A stretch of DNA of 64,000 nucleotides, from contig NC_057751.1 of assembly GCF_004010195.1 (NCBI RefSeq), forward strand, positions 17,424,435 through 17,488,434. The letters are read 5' to 3'. A program made the position numbers and the translations under genes. Position 1 is the first letter of the stretch; each line of letters starts with the position of its first letter. Positions 23,577 through 35,760 of the stretch are shown here, piece by piece. Source of the stretch: Chiloscyllium plagiosum (lineage: Eukaryota). The notes beneath the pieces were generated by a model that worked only from the letters and a program-made list of their open reading frames with translations, was not told the DNA's origin and did not search any database.

Positions 23577-24965
23577 GTAAATCGTCATGTCGTGGTCTCA
23601 GTTCAAGGTTCATTCAAATGGTCAATTAATGTCTCAAAGTGTTCATTGTTTGCCTTATCTCTAAATAGAACCAACTCAGAAAGGCATCAGTTCAACAATT
23701 CCAGAGGCATTTGTTATTTTATTTTAATTGGAAAACCATTTTGTGTTAAATAAAAGTCTTCATACACTTGTAGCTTCTGACAACAACCTACATTCAAATT
23801 TTAGATTCTCACTGCGTGGGAGCAAGGCCAAACCTTGAGCACAGTGCTACCCTCAATTGCTTTGCAATTCAATACGATCATGGACTAACTACTCAAATCT
23901 GCCCCCTTCACCATTGTCTCCCTTTCGCTTCACGAATTATATTTAACTCTTTCATGGAAACAATCAATATTTTGCCCCCAACTGTTTACTGTGGTAGAGA
24001 AATCCGACTATTCTCTGGATGAAAATATTCCTCCCCAGCTAAGTCCCTCGTCGTATTCTTGTGTTGTGACCCTATGGTACTGGACTCCCCCGCACCACCC
24101 CAAAAGTGCTTGCTAACATTCTTCAACTTGTCTGCTCCTTGTTTCAATTTGATCGTTTTCAATGAGACCACACTGCTCTCATTCTTCTAAATTCATATTT
24201 AAATTCGGATTCCAAATATAATCCGAATCAGATTCAGTTTCTCTCCATCCATCAGCTCAGGAATCTCTCTGTGAAAGCCTCCACTGCCCGCCCTCCATCG
24301 CCAGAACATCCTTCCTCAGATAAGGGGACCCCAAAATGCAAACACACGCAATACCCCAGTGTGTGGTCTCGCCGTGTACTTCCCTGCTCCTGTACTCGAA
24401 TCCTGCATGCCGGACTTTCAGCAAGTGGGGTAAGAGGGACAACCAATCCTGTTGCACTTCCCTTCCTTTTACGATCGAAACACAACGGAGTGGCCGCTGT
24501 TGTTCTTGTGAACTCCTTGAGCCACTGTTATCTGGGATTGAAATCACAATCAGCAGGAATTTGTGAACCCCTTCTCTCTTTCTGTGCTTTGCAGAAATTT
24601 GAACTGGATGTGGTGGCGATCATTGACGACCACTGTTGGAATGATGATATCTTCTGGATACGATGACTTTCTGTGAGGTCATCCTCATTGTCGGTGAGTA
24701 CTTGTCCAACAAGGCAACTCTCACTTCGAGTCCCGCCACAAGGTAGCAGGGACCTTGAGCTCATTAACATCTCCTTTGCTTAGTCAGGTCAGTGCTGGAG
24801 TTAGGACGTCATGCAGGGCTTCGCCAGGACATTGATGAGAGCTCGTCAAGAGAACTGTGCCCAGTTCTAGTGGCCCTGCTAGAGGAAGGATACTATAAAG
24901 ATGGAGAGGGCACTGAAGAGATTTACTGGGATGTTTCCAGGTATGAAAGGTTTGAGTTCTGAAGA

Positions 24966-26050
24966 GAACAAAGAACAAAGAAAATTACAGCACAGTAACG
25001 GGCCACGTGGCCCTCCAGGCCTCAGAGAATCCAGTTCATCTGTCTGAACTAATCACCTATTTTCTGAGGATCTGGATCCATCTGCTCCCTGCCCATTAAT
25101 GTGTCTGTCTCGACACATCTTAAATGACATTATTGTGCCCACCTCGAACAACTCTGCTGGGAATGCTTTTCAGCACCCACCACTCTCTGCATAAAGAACT
25201 TACCATGCATATCTCCATTAAAGGACCCCCTCACCTTGAACTGGTGACCACTAGCAATTGCGGAACCACATTGGGAAAAGACTTCTCGCTCTCCACCCTG
25301 TCTACACCTCTCATGATTTTGTAGACCTCAATCTGGTCCCGCCTTTACCCCCATCTTTCTTAACACCTCAACTTGGCTACTAATTCCTTAAATTCTGCTT
25401 GTCGGACCTCATCCTGTTTATTGCCTATACCACTGGCGAATTTATGCACCACAGCAGCATGGCTGTTCACCCTGCCACTCCAGAATGTCCTGCAGCCGAT
25501 ATGAGACATTCCTGACCCGTGAATGTCGGAGGCAACATCGGGTTCGGCAACTGCAGAACTGCCTACGTACTTGCCTTACAATTGGATCATCTCTGACTGT
25601 AACCATTCCAAACAATTTTCCCGCCCCTCTGTAAAGCAGAGCCAGCCACTTTGCTGTGAACCAGGCGACTGCTGTCTTCCCCTGTTGAGCCATTTCCCGA
25701 ACAGTATACAAAATGAGTATACAGTGTACCTGTTTCAGACGGAGAGAACCGCATGGGTCTCCTGCACTACCATCCTGCTGTTTCTCTGCCTGACAATCAC
25801 CCATTCCCTTTCTCCCTCAGCAAATATAATCCGTGCTATGACCAAATCGCTAAGCATTCTATCTACGACCTTCTCAGCATCACTGATGCTCCAAAGTGAG
25901 TTCATCTGCAGCTCCACAGCCGTCATGCGATCTGACAAGAGCTGCAGCTGTACGCATTTACTGCACATGAAGGAGTCAGGGACTTTAGCTGCGTTCCTGA
26001 GCTCCCACTTTGAGCAAAAGGAGCATACATTGGTCTGAGATCTCTTGCCA
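24966..26050 (-). mobile_element. CR1 with ORF1 (zinc finger/coiled coil plus esterase start) joined almost directly to a CR1 3' end
   Basis: ORF 25735-25968 MCSKCVQLQLLSDRMTAVELQM resembles ORF1 of the CR1 at 55715. The CR1 tail gaacaaagaacaaagaaaattacagcac is at 24966. Confidence 0.75.
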
Positions 26051-27859
26051 TTTGACTCTTAACCTTAACTTTGTCCAACTACAATATGAACCAATAGCGA
26101 AACCAAACGAAGTGAAATAATAACCAAACTCACTACTGACTAGCACTTGATTAAAAACAAGAAAAGAAAGAAGAAATTATGGATTGATTTGGAGCGAGAC
26201 AAGTCAAATTAACTGCATACTACGCAAAATTGCAGTAACATTAGAACAGCGGAATCAGACTTCAAACGCCCAGCTGAGGGTTAATAGTCAAGACGATCCA
26301 GGAGATTGGGATAAAGGAAGTACATTTGTCCTTTTTTAAAAAATTAGTGATAGATCCAGCTGAATATACCAAACTTAGTTTATTGTATTTAGTTTCTCGG
26401 CAGGAGGTGAGATGACCGCCGAAATGGATTCATGAGGAATTCATCGGTCAGAGTTCGGCAAATGCATATTTGGACCATGTGACAAGGTTTCGGGAAAGAT
26501 GAAGGAAACCAGGCGAATCTTCAAGGCAACATATCAATAGTAGCAAAGCATGTACTTAAACAGGAAGCAGACAAACAAAAAACACAATTTTGCTAGTAGA
26601 GAGAAATTGATAGTATTATTGCCAGTGACAGGTGAATTATTTAAAGCAGGGTTGTGTCGGGCTTATCAAACCGAAAGGAGATTAGTGAGGAGAATTGTTC
26701 GAAAATAACGCACGATTCAAAGAAATATCAGACTGTGTCATCTAACTATACTCAGAAGTCAGTTTAATGGGGAAGGAAAGCAAAATGATAATATGTTAAA
26801 AGGCATGGCGAAGAACTACGATTCCGAGAATTCAGAATTGGACATGCCTCAAGTTAAGTTAGATAATAAGGAAATACACAAAAATGGACATGCAATATTG
26901 AGTTACCTTGCAGAGAAACGGCGAAATTATCTGAAAGCAGTCTTGCAATCACCTGCGGAGATAAATACTAACCTAATTCTATATAATACAGAGATAGGAA
27001 ATATAGTTCCAATTAAGTAACACCATTATCGATCTATCCCTTTAAAGATGTCCAGGTCAGCGACTGGAGCTCACCGAAGTTGTAATCAACAATTAATTGA
27101 GAACTATTGCAGTTGCAAATTCTGATTCATATTCCACGTTTGGAAGACTGTATTGAGAAGGTGAAACAAGCAACTTATTTTTCTAAGTTGGAATAACTCA
27201 GGATACTGGCAGGTATCTTTATCTAAAACAGCATTGACAGTTTCTGTTTTCGTGACACCTAATGGGGTCTGTACTTATTTAAATTCATGTCGTTTGTTAT
27301 GAAAAAAAAAGTGCCAGCAGCATTTCAAAGACTAAACACTTAAATCATTTGTCAATTATCCAACTGTGTCGTGTACATCGATGACTTTGTGAAATATAGT
27401 TACACCCAGAAGGAACATTTGCTGCATCTATCAGAATTGTTGAATCGACTTGGAGAAACAGGCTTCGTGATAAACCAGTCGAAGAGTGAATTTGAAAGAA
27501 AAAAGACCATGTCTTCTTCCAGGACCATGCGATTAGTCATGAACAGATGGTCGCATGGGATGTGAAAACAAAGATCATTGGAGGGCTCCCTATGCCATCG
27601 CACTACGATTCCTGGAATTGAGTGTTTTTTTTTTAATCGGAACTTTATCCGGAAATTTAGCACTGTCTTTACTCTATTGACTGACGTTTTGAAGCGGTGC
27701 AGAAAATTCCATTAGATGGAACACCATCAGCCGGAAAGCTGTACGACCCACTGCCGCAGTGTGAGGCTCACCTCCTGACGCAAAACCATTCAAGATGACT
27801 GACGATGTGAGTGATGTGGGTGTCGTCGCACTCTCGCATACAGATGACAAAAAGATAAA

Positions 27860-30372
27860 AATTTAGATCAAGTAGATTGGATGGGGCGGTGTTTGTGCAG
27901 TGTGTCCAGGAAGCTTTTCTAACGCAGTATGTAGATTGTCCAACCAGAGGGGAGGCCATTTTGGATTTGGTACTCGGTAATGAACCGGGACAAGTGGTGG
28001 GCTTGTTAGTGGGTGAACATTTTGGTGATGGTGACCACAATTCTGTGACTTTCACCTTGGTTATGAAGAGAGATGGGTGCGCACAACAAGGTAGATTTTA
28101 TAATTGGGGGAAGGGAAATTACGATGCTGTAAGGCAGGATTTGAGGAGCATACGTTGGGAGCACAGGCTGTCAGGGAAGGATGTGGTGGAAATGTGGAAC
28201 TCTTTCAAAGAGCAGATACGACGTGTCCATGATATGTATGTACCTATCAGGCAGGAAAGAAATGGTCGTGTGAGGGAGCCTTGGTTGACGAGAGAGGTTG
28301 AATGTCTGGTAAAGAGGAAGAAGGAGGCATACATAAGGTTGAGGAAACAGGATTCAGACAGAGCAGTGGAGGGATACAGGATAGCCAGAAGGGACCTGAA
28401 GAAAGGGATTAGGAGAGCTAAGAGAGGGCATGAAAAATCGTTGGCAGATAGGATCAAGGATAACCCCAAGGCATTTTATGCGTATGCGAGAAACCTGAGA
28501 ATGACGAGAACGAGGGCAGGTCCGATCAAGGACAGTAGTGGGAGACTGTGTATTGAGTCGGAAGAGATAGGAGAGGTCTTGAACAAGTACTTCTCTTCAG
28601 TATTTACGAACGAGAGGGACCGTATTGTAGAAGAGGAGAGTGTGAAATAGACTGGTAAGCTAGAAGAGATACCTGTTAGGAAGGAAGATGTGTTGGACAT
28701 TTTGAACAACTTGAGGATAGACAAATCCCCCGGGCCTGACGGGATATATCCTAGGATTATGTGGGAAGCAAGAGAGGAAAGTGCAGTACCGTTGGCAATG
28801 ATCTTCTCGTCTTCACTGGCAACGGGAGTGGTACCAGGGGACTGGAGAGTAGCGAATGTTGTGCCCCTGTACAAAAAAGGGAATAGGGATAACCCCGGGA
28901 ATTACAGGCCTGTTAGTCTTACTTCTGTGGTAGGCGGGGATGGTACCAGGGGACTGGAGAGTGGTGAATGTTGTGCCCCTGTTCAAAAAAGGGAATAGGG
29001 ATAACCCCGGGAATTACCGGCCTGTTAGTCTTACTTCTGTGGTAGGCAAAGTAATGGAAAGGGTACTGAGGGATAGGATTTATGAGTATCTGGACAGTCA
29101 CTGCTTGATTAGGGACAGCCAGCACGGATTTGTGAGGGTAGGTCTTGCCTTACAAGTCTTATTGAATTCTTCGAGGAGGTGACCAAGCATGTGGATGAGG
29201 GAAGAGCGGTGGATGTAGTGTACATGGATTTTAGTAAGGCATTTGATAAGGTTCCCCATGGTAGGCTTATGCGGAAAGTCAGGAGGCATGGGATAGAGGG
29301 AAATTTGGCCAATTGGATAGAAAACTGGCTAACCGGTCGAAGGCAGAGAGTGGTGGTAGATGGTAAATATTCAGCCTGGAGCCCAGTTACAAGTGGAGTT
29401 CCGCAGGGATCAGTTCTGGGTCCTCTGCTGTTTGTAATTTTTATTAATGACTTAGATGAGGGAGTCGAAGGGTGGGTCAGTAAATTTGCAGATGATACGA
29501 AGATAGGTGGAGTTGTGGACAGTGAGGAGGGCTGTTGTTGGCTGCAGAGGGACTTAGATATGATGCAGAGCTGGGCTGAGGAGTGGCAGATGGAGTTCAA
29601 CCTTGCCAAGTGTGAGGTTGTCCATTTTGGAAGAACAAATAAGAATGCGGAATACAGGGTTAATGGTAGTGTTCTTAGTCAGGTGGAGGAACAGAGGGAT
29701 CTTGGGGTCTATGTACATAGATCTTTGAAGGTTGCCACTCAGGTGGATAGAGTTTGTAAGAAGGCCTATGAGTATTATCGTTCATTAGCAGAGGGATTGA
29801 ATTCAAGAGTCGTGAATTGATGTTGCAACTGTACAGGACTTTGTTTAGGCCACATTTGGAGTACTGTGTGGAGTTCTGGTCGCCTCACTTTAGGAAAGAT
29901 GTGGAAGCTTTGGAGAGGGTGCAGAGAAGATTTACCAGGATGTTGCCTGGAATGGAGAGGAAGTCGTACGAGGATAGGTTGAGAGTTCTCGGCCTTTTCT
30001 CGTTGGAACGGCGAAGGATGAGGGGTGACTTGATAGGGGTTTATAAGATGATCAGAGGAATAGATAGAGTAGACAGTCAGAAACTTTTTCTCCGGGTACA
30101 ACAGAGTGTTACAAGGGGACATAAATTTAAGGTGAAGGGTGGAAGGTATAGGGGAGATGTCAGGGGTGGGTTCTTTACCCAGAGAGTGGTGGGGCCATGG
30201 AATGCGCTGCCCGTGGGAGTGGTAGAGTCGGAATCATTGGCGACCTTTAAGCGGCATTTGGATAGGTACATGGATGGGTACTTAATCTAGGTTAGAAGTT
30301 CGGCACAACATCGTGGGCCGAAGGGCCTGTTCTGTGCTGTATTGTTCTATGTTCTATGTTCTATGTTCTATA
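27860..30372 (+). mobile_element. Young 5'-truncated CR1 LINE (EN C-terminus plus RT), few disablements
   Basis: ORFs 27877-28650, 28690, 28940, 29179-29820 (DFSKAFDKVPH, SGVPQGSVLGP, KFADDTK) and 29817-30290; (tgttcta)n tail. Confidence 0.97.
28824..29047. repeat. Tandem duplication, 2 x 112 bp, inside the CR1 RT (causes a frameshift)
   Basis: tggtaccaggggactggagagt...cttctgtggtaggc starts at 28829 and again at 28941. Confidence 0.95.
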
Positions 30373-30679
30373 TATTGAGTATTTTTACAGCAAATTGAAT
30401 AATCATTAACGGAAATATTATGATTGAAGAGGAATTCATGAAATTGCCAGTAATGGGTCTGCGACTTCTTTGTGCACTGATCATCATCACGTAACGTATT
30501 TGGAGAAAATTAAGTGTTCTATGTTCTATGTTCTATATATTGAGTATTTTTACAGCAAATTGAATAATCATTAACGGAAATATTATGATTGAAGAGGAAT
30601 TCATGAAATTGCCAGTAATGGGTCTGCGACTTCTTTGTGCACTGATCATCATCACGTAACGTATTTGGAGAAAATTAAG
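30350..30679. repeat. Apparently exact tandem duplication, 2 x 165 bp, spanning the CR1 tail/Gypsy junction
   Basis: tgttctatgttctatgttctatatattgagt...ggagaaaattaag at 30350-30514 and 30515-30679. Confidence 0.95.
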
Positions 30680-30969
30680 GACAGAAATTCCAGACTGCTT
30701 TAATGGAGCTTATTCATGCAACCATTCGATTTGAAAATTATGCATGTGACAAGACTGGAGGACGAATTGCCTATATGTTGTTACAACTTTGATGAAGAAG
30801 GGTTTAGTGGCAGGAATAAACGGACTCGAGGGGACAGCTGGAGTGGACGTTTGCATGGTTAAATTCAATCTAGTGTATATATGTTGTTGTGAGCTAAGAG
30901 TGTAGCACAAACCTTTTAAAACTGAAGTAGTCTGCGAGTCTTGTTGGCTCATTGTTTTAATTGGGGAAA

Positions 30970-31572
30970 TGTGATGATACTGTGCCTTTATGTTGTTCTT
31001 CTTGTTGAATAGAGGTTGACAGGCGGAGGGGACAAGTTTATCAATGAAGGATGAGCAAGTTAACAGCTTCGGAGGATTTGAGGGTTTTTCTGCAGTTGTA
31101 ACAATGGAAACAGCCTGGAAGGGTGTGGTCAGCTATCACAGACGAGCATATCTAGAGTTTAGTATTTCAGTTTTGAGGTTCAGCAGCGATTGCTGTTGGC
31201 ATTTCAACAGGTTTGGAAACTGTAGTCTATGTCTCCTGGCTACTTTTCTCTTTGATGTTTTTCCTTCTGGTTTGCTGGACTGACCTGTGGAACAAATCCA
31301 GTTTTGAGAATGGGTCTGTTTATGGGATGCTTCTCGAAAGGAAGAGATAATTAGTACGAGATATTGTCGGCATTATTTCCAACAGAGTTAATTTATTTTA
31401 AGTTCTTCCTTTTGGTGTATTTTAACTGTGTTATTGAATACATTGTGCTTTGACTAATGCTGAGTAGTTTGGACGGTTGAATTGTATTTCGAGAGCAACG
31501 CTTTACATTTGCCTTTACCATAAGATCAAGATGTCTCCAGTTAATTTGATAAGGTCTGGTATGGTCCGTTGA
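30970..31572 (+). repeat. Probable 3' LTR of the Gmr1-like element
   Basis: Begins with TG right after a purine-rich tract downstream of RNase H. The 3' end is approximate and no partner LTR is visible. Confidence 0.55.
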
Positions 31573-31699
31573 CGTGTCAGACAACAAGTTCAGACTGAGA
31601 GCTGGTTCTGAATGAGGTGGCTTAATGTCAAGTCCTCTCCATGTGTCATAAAATGTGACTTTGACGGGATACCAGCCTCTGTGTAGTTATTCTACCACG

Positions 31700-33000
31700 G
31701 ATTGAGAGTGACGATGGACAGAGACACTTCTCAATGGAGTGTGAGCACCAGTGGATATAGGCATGCTAGAATTTCAGAAGTAGCATGATGATGAAAGTGG
31801 AGATGAGCCAATGGGTTGCAGTGTTCGTTCTGTAGTGGGGGAGAGTGATATTGGACATGAAGACTTACAATTAAGATGAAAATATTAGCGTTAGACATGG
31901 ATACTGTCGAGTACGATGAGAGCAACTAAGTCGTGTTGTGTCTGAATGATGATTGACATGGACACTGTTCAAGTTGTTTGGAGAAATAATGAGAGAGATT
32001 GCCAAGATATAATGGCAATATGGCAGCCAAAGATATGCTGGTGACAGTGTAGAGGGCGTAGACATTAATGGTTGATAATAACTCTATCCGTTGAGATGTG
32101 TGAAACGTTGGGGTGGAATAGACCGTGATGATCCAAATTCTTTCTTCAATGAAATTGACTTTTCTGTCACTCGACAATGGTTTCATGGTAATCATTATAC
32201 TCGCAATGGACATGAGATGGCATAGTTTGGGTTGTCAGGATGGCTCAGTGGTTGCACTGCTGCCTCTCAGCGCCATGGACCTGGGTTTGATTGTAGCCTA
32301 GGGCGACTGTCTATGCGGAGTTCGCACATCATGTCCATGTGTGCGTGGCTTTCCTCTGGGTGCTCCCGATTCCCCTCACAATCCAAAGATGTGCAGGTTA
32401 GGCGAATTGCTCATGCTAAATTGCCCATAATGCCAAAGGATGTGTTGGCCTGGTGCATTAGTCAATGGTAAATTTAGAGGAATGGATTTGAATAGGATAC
32501 TCTTCAAAGGGTGGTTGAGAATGTGCTGGGCTGAAGGGCACTGCCGTGATTCTGGGATGAGAGAGATGGGGGTTGGCCAATAGAATGGGAATAAAGGTTT
32601 TCTTTGGTGGCAAGAGATTGATTGGGACTTGGAGACTGGCAAATGATGCCAAGATTGCAGGAAATTATGCTGTAAGTGGAGAAGTGTAAATTGGATGGAG
32701 TTGTAGCACAATGTGAACGATAATGATGATAAATATGGGGACTGGCCTGTGAAGTGGCAGAAGTAGAGCGATCTTCGCTTAAAGTGATGCATGCCTTTAA
32801 GAAAGTCCGAAGGGATGAGAATATTACTGAGGATTGGAGGGGTGTGAGATGAACGATACTGAGCTGATCAGTGGAATCGATGTGCTGTTGTTGATAGTGA
32901 ACAGTGTGCTTACGCACATAGTAACTGGCCAATGGGAAGAGAATTCGTGTGTTTAGATGGGAAGAGTTACAATGTCCAAAGTGACTGGCCCTTATGGTAG
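31700..33000 (-). mobile_element. Old Penelope-like RT remnant
   Basis: LSTINVYALYT (~TMDVxSLYT, RT motif A) in ORF 31926-32213, SNANIF (~xYANIF), and HFKRRSLYFCHF (~FxRRLRLxxxF). Confidence 0.5.
32235..32480 (+). mobile_element. HE1-type SINE, degraded
   Basis: tggctcagtggttgcactgctgcctctcagcgcc...gggtttgatt...caaagatgtgcaggttagg...catgctaaattgccc. Confidence 0.85.
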
Positions 33001-33959
33001 GTTAAATGTTGGAGTCTGCTGTCAGAGGACACAAATGGCATGACAGTATGCGTAGGGGCCTACTGAGCAATAATGGTGAACTTGGAGTGGTAATGATGTG
33101 GCATGGCAGATACACAGATCTAACACCTCGAGACTTGCCGCTTGGTAGGAACGTGCGCTATGGTGGTCATCTGACTGACTATTAGGTTGGGAGCGCTGGG
33201 AGAGTGATATTCTAACTGCCTAGATTCTGCTTTTCGGACCTCCGTCTCTGAGATATAATTCACTCATACATTGCCATTAGTCAGCGTGTAGTAACTTTTA
33301 TCTCCCACCAAACACTGCCATAGCTGCAAAATGCAGGTGGCAAATCGATTCTGCCGATCAATTGTTGAAGGTTCCATTCCGCAAACAACCACCAACATCT
33401 GCTGCTGTGGATGAAAACCTCTCACAGGTGCTCTGATGTCATTTCTTCCATGTTGCCACGTTTTATAACGTATGATGGCGCTGTGCCTTTAACAGATATA
33501 TTTTTTGATGACATGTATGGGAAAATAACACGAGACTTTTTCGAAAAAAAAAACATGGACACGCAATTACTTTCTTTTAAGAGATCGTGCAGGTTTAGTT
33601 GATTCATTTCTGAGAAGGGAGTCTATTGCTGTTAATAAATACTGAATACTTTAAAGCCCAAATCCTTTGCAAATCACAACACAGAAATGCGATATTTGGA
33701 AGCATGTGATCCTATTTCGCAGAATATAAAAAGTATTACAATGCAGAAAAAAGCATATCATGCTTTTACCAGGTTCTATTCCTTAGTCCCAAATCAGGTG
33801 ACTTTGTCCCATAGCCCTACACACCATTTCTATACAGGTAACTTTCTAACATCCTCTTGAATGCCTCAAACAAACCTGTCTCCATTACATTTCCAGGCAG
33901 TGCTTTCAATACTCGAACTCGCTGTGTGAACACATTTTTGAAAGAAAACCCTCGCTTCG

Positions 33960-34195
33960 TGAAATAACTCCACGGAGGCGAGTGCACCGTCAGCAAATCA
34001 CCCTTTATTTAGATATGCACTGCATGTGGACACTGAGCAGCGAGCTCAGAGCCAGTCGCTAGATTGAGGATAATCCCTGAGTCTCTGACGAGTTCAAATC
34101 GTCCATGAATCCCTGATTATCCCAGTTTATCAACTCATAAAAATGGAGCTTATACAGAATGACATCAACTGGCTTACCTCTTTCCATTCATTACA
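33960..34195 (-). repeat. Gypsy 3' LTR
   Basis: TG...CA ends (tgaaataactcc...cattaca) next to the PPT. Shares tgaaataact, cctttat and ctcagagccag with the segment starting at 40421. Confidence 0.75.
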
Positions 34196-35760
34196 TTCCT
34201 CACAACTCCCCCCAACACATCAATTCCAATGTTTTAGGCCTGTTTGTGTTCGTCTCACTTTTGTCGAAGATCCAATTCCTTCTCATCTGACTCTGTCACC
34301 GGCAGCGTTTATCGGCCATCAGCCTGCTTCTTTTACCTGGATATACTCAGAAGAAGTTCCTCCTCATCCACAGATCGTAACAGTATCTGCGCTGTGACAC
34401 CACATCCATCTCGAGCGCTGAGGTTTCTTAGACAGAAGATGCAGCTGTGGAAAACACGGCTTTTGACAAATTTTACGGATGTTCTGAGGGCCGAGTAGGT
34501 TTTGTTCCTTCCCCTTTTGCAAAATAGCTGCTTTCATGTGAAGGAAAGCAGCTATTTTGGACCGCCTCACCTGCTCGAACTTAGTGTGTCATGAGACATG
34601 ACTTTGCATTGATCTTGCCACCTTCTACATTTTAGTGGTTTCCAAAACAAACTTTCTCTCGCTTACAGGAGACAGGAGAAACATTGGCTTTCCTGACGTA
34701 ATTTCACACATTCCCCCGCGAATATCTCGTCTATCCTGATTTAGAGTCTTCACCCTATTACCAACTCTGCTACAGCTATTCCTGTACTGGCGTGAGAGAC
34801 GTTGTACAATCAAACAGAAACTCGGACAGTTTCTTTCAACATACGTTCAACCTTTGAACTACAGTCTGACAGACCATTGGATAAGGAATAATATGAATGT
34901 ATCCAAACATATCAAATGCCAAATGACTTGAGGAAGTACTCATTATCACTACTGGTGAATGACGGCTTGTTGTCTGAGAACATTACTTCCTGGAGTCCAT
35001 GCATTGCAAATGATGCTCACAGATCTCCTAACATGTTCCCTGAGTTTGACGAATGAACGCAGTGCACATTTAACCACATTGAAGGGACATCCACAGTTAC
35101 CAATAATACTGAGCACATGGAAGAGCCAGTATTGTTGACGTGCAACCGAGTCCTAGGATTATTCAGCCATTCACACGAATTTGGGAGAATTGCAGGCGGA
35201 ATTTTGTTTCCGTGCTGGTCCTCTGGGCTCTCCACTGCCAACGACAGCAACCAATCCTGGCTATCAGAAATCATTTGTTCCAGATATCTTCATTTAGGAA
35301 ACCCATCCCCCGATGATCATTGTGAAGTTCAGACAGTGTCTGTTCGTTGATCTTGACTTGGGGCAATCACTGTTTCTCCCATAACAACGTGCTTTCGTCT
35401 ACAGTGATCTGGGCTCACCGGGTGGTGAAAGTTTTCAGTTATTTTCTTCAGATGACCCTTTAATTTCCCCCATCAAAACAAGAAGCTCTTTGAATTTTGG
35501 TTGGAAGGTTTTTTTGTACAACGCTGGATAGTTTCAACAGTGACTGGAAGGGTGCCCGGAAAAATCTAAAATCAGAATTGACTCTTTAATGGGAGGCACG
35601 ATAGCTGTTGTATCTGCCAACATGAGGCGCAAGAGGTTTCCCCATTTGCCATTCAGCCACCCGAAAGCAACAACTGTAATTTTTTAAAATCTGAGAGCAA
35701 GGGCCCCTGCTTATTTCGGAGAGAACCTATGAGTGGTACCGCCTTGTCTTCCTTATTTGC

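Larger units (their letters stand above)
26150..31572 (+). mobile_element. Gmr1-like Ty3/Gypsy LTR retrotransposon remnant (IN-RT-RNaseH-PPT-3'LTR), interrupted by a CR1
   Basis: IN-like LTAYY...LEQRNQT, DWDKG..FVLF, VLLPVTGELFKA..AYQ and CHLTIL (26190-26760) come before RT PIK*HHYR, RLEDCIEKV, YWQV and VYIDD (27371). RNase H KPFKM.DVSDVGV / YFYSKLN / TDHH / WSLFMQPF follows. Purine tract then TGTGATGATAC at 30970. Confidence 0.88.

Noticed and set aside
28119..30271. Long antisense ORFs over CR1 (e.g. 28476-28874 and 29109-29609)
   Set aside because: These are shadow frames of CR1 ORF2 that recur in every CR1 copy, with no independent evidence of coding.
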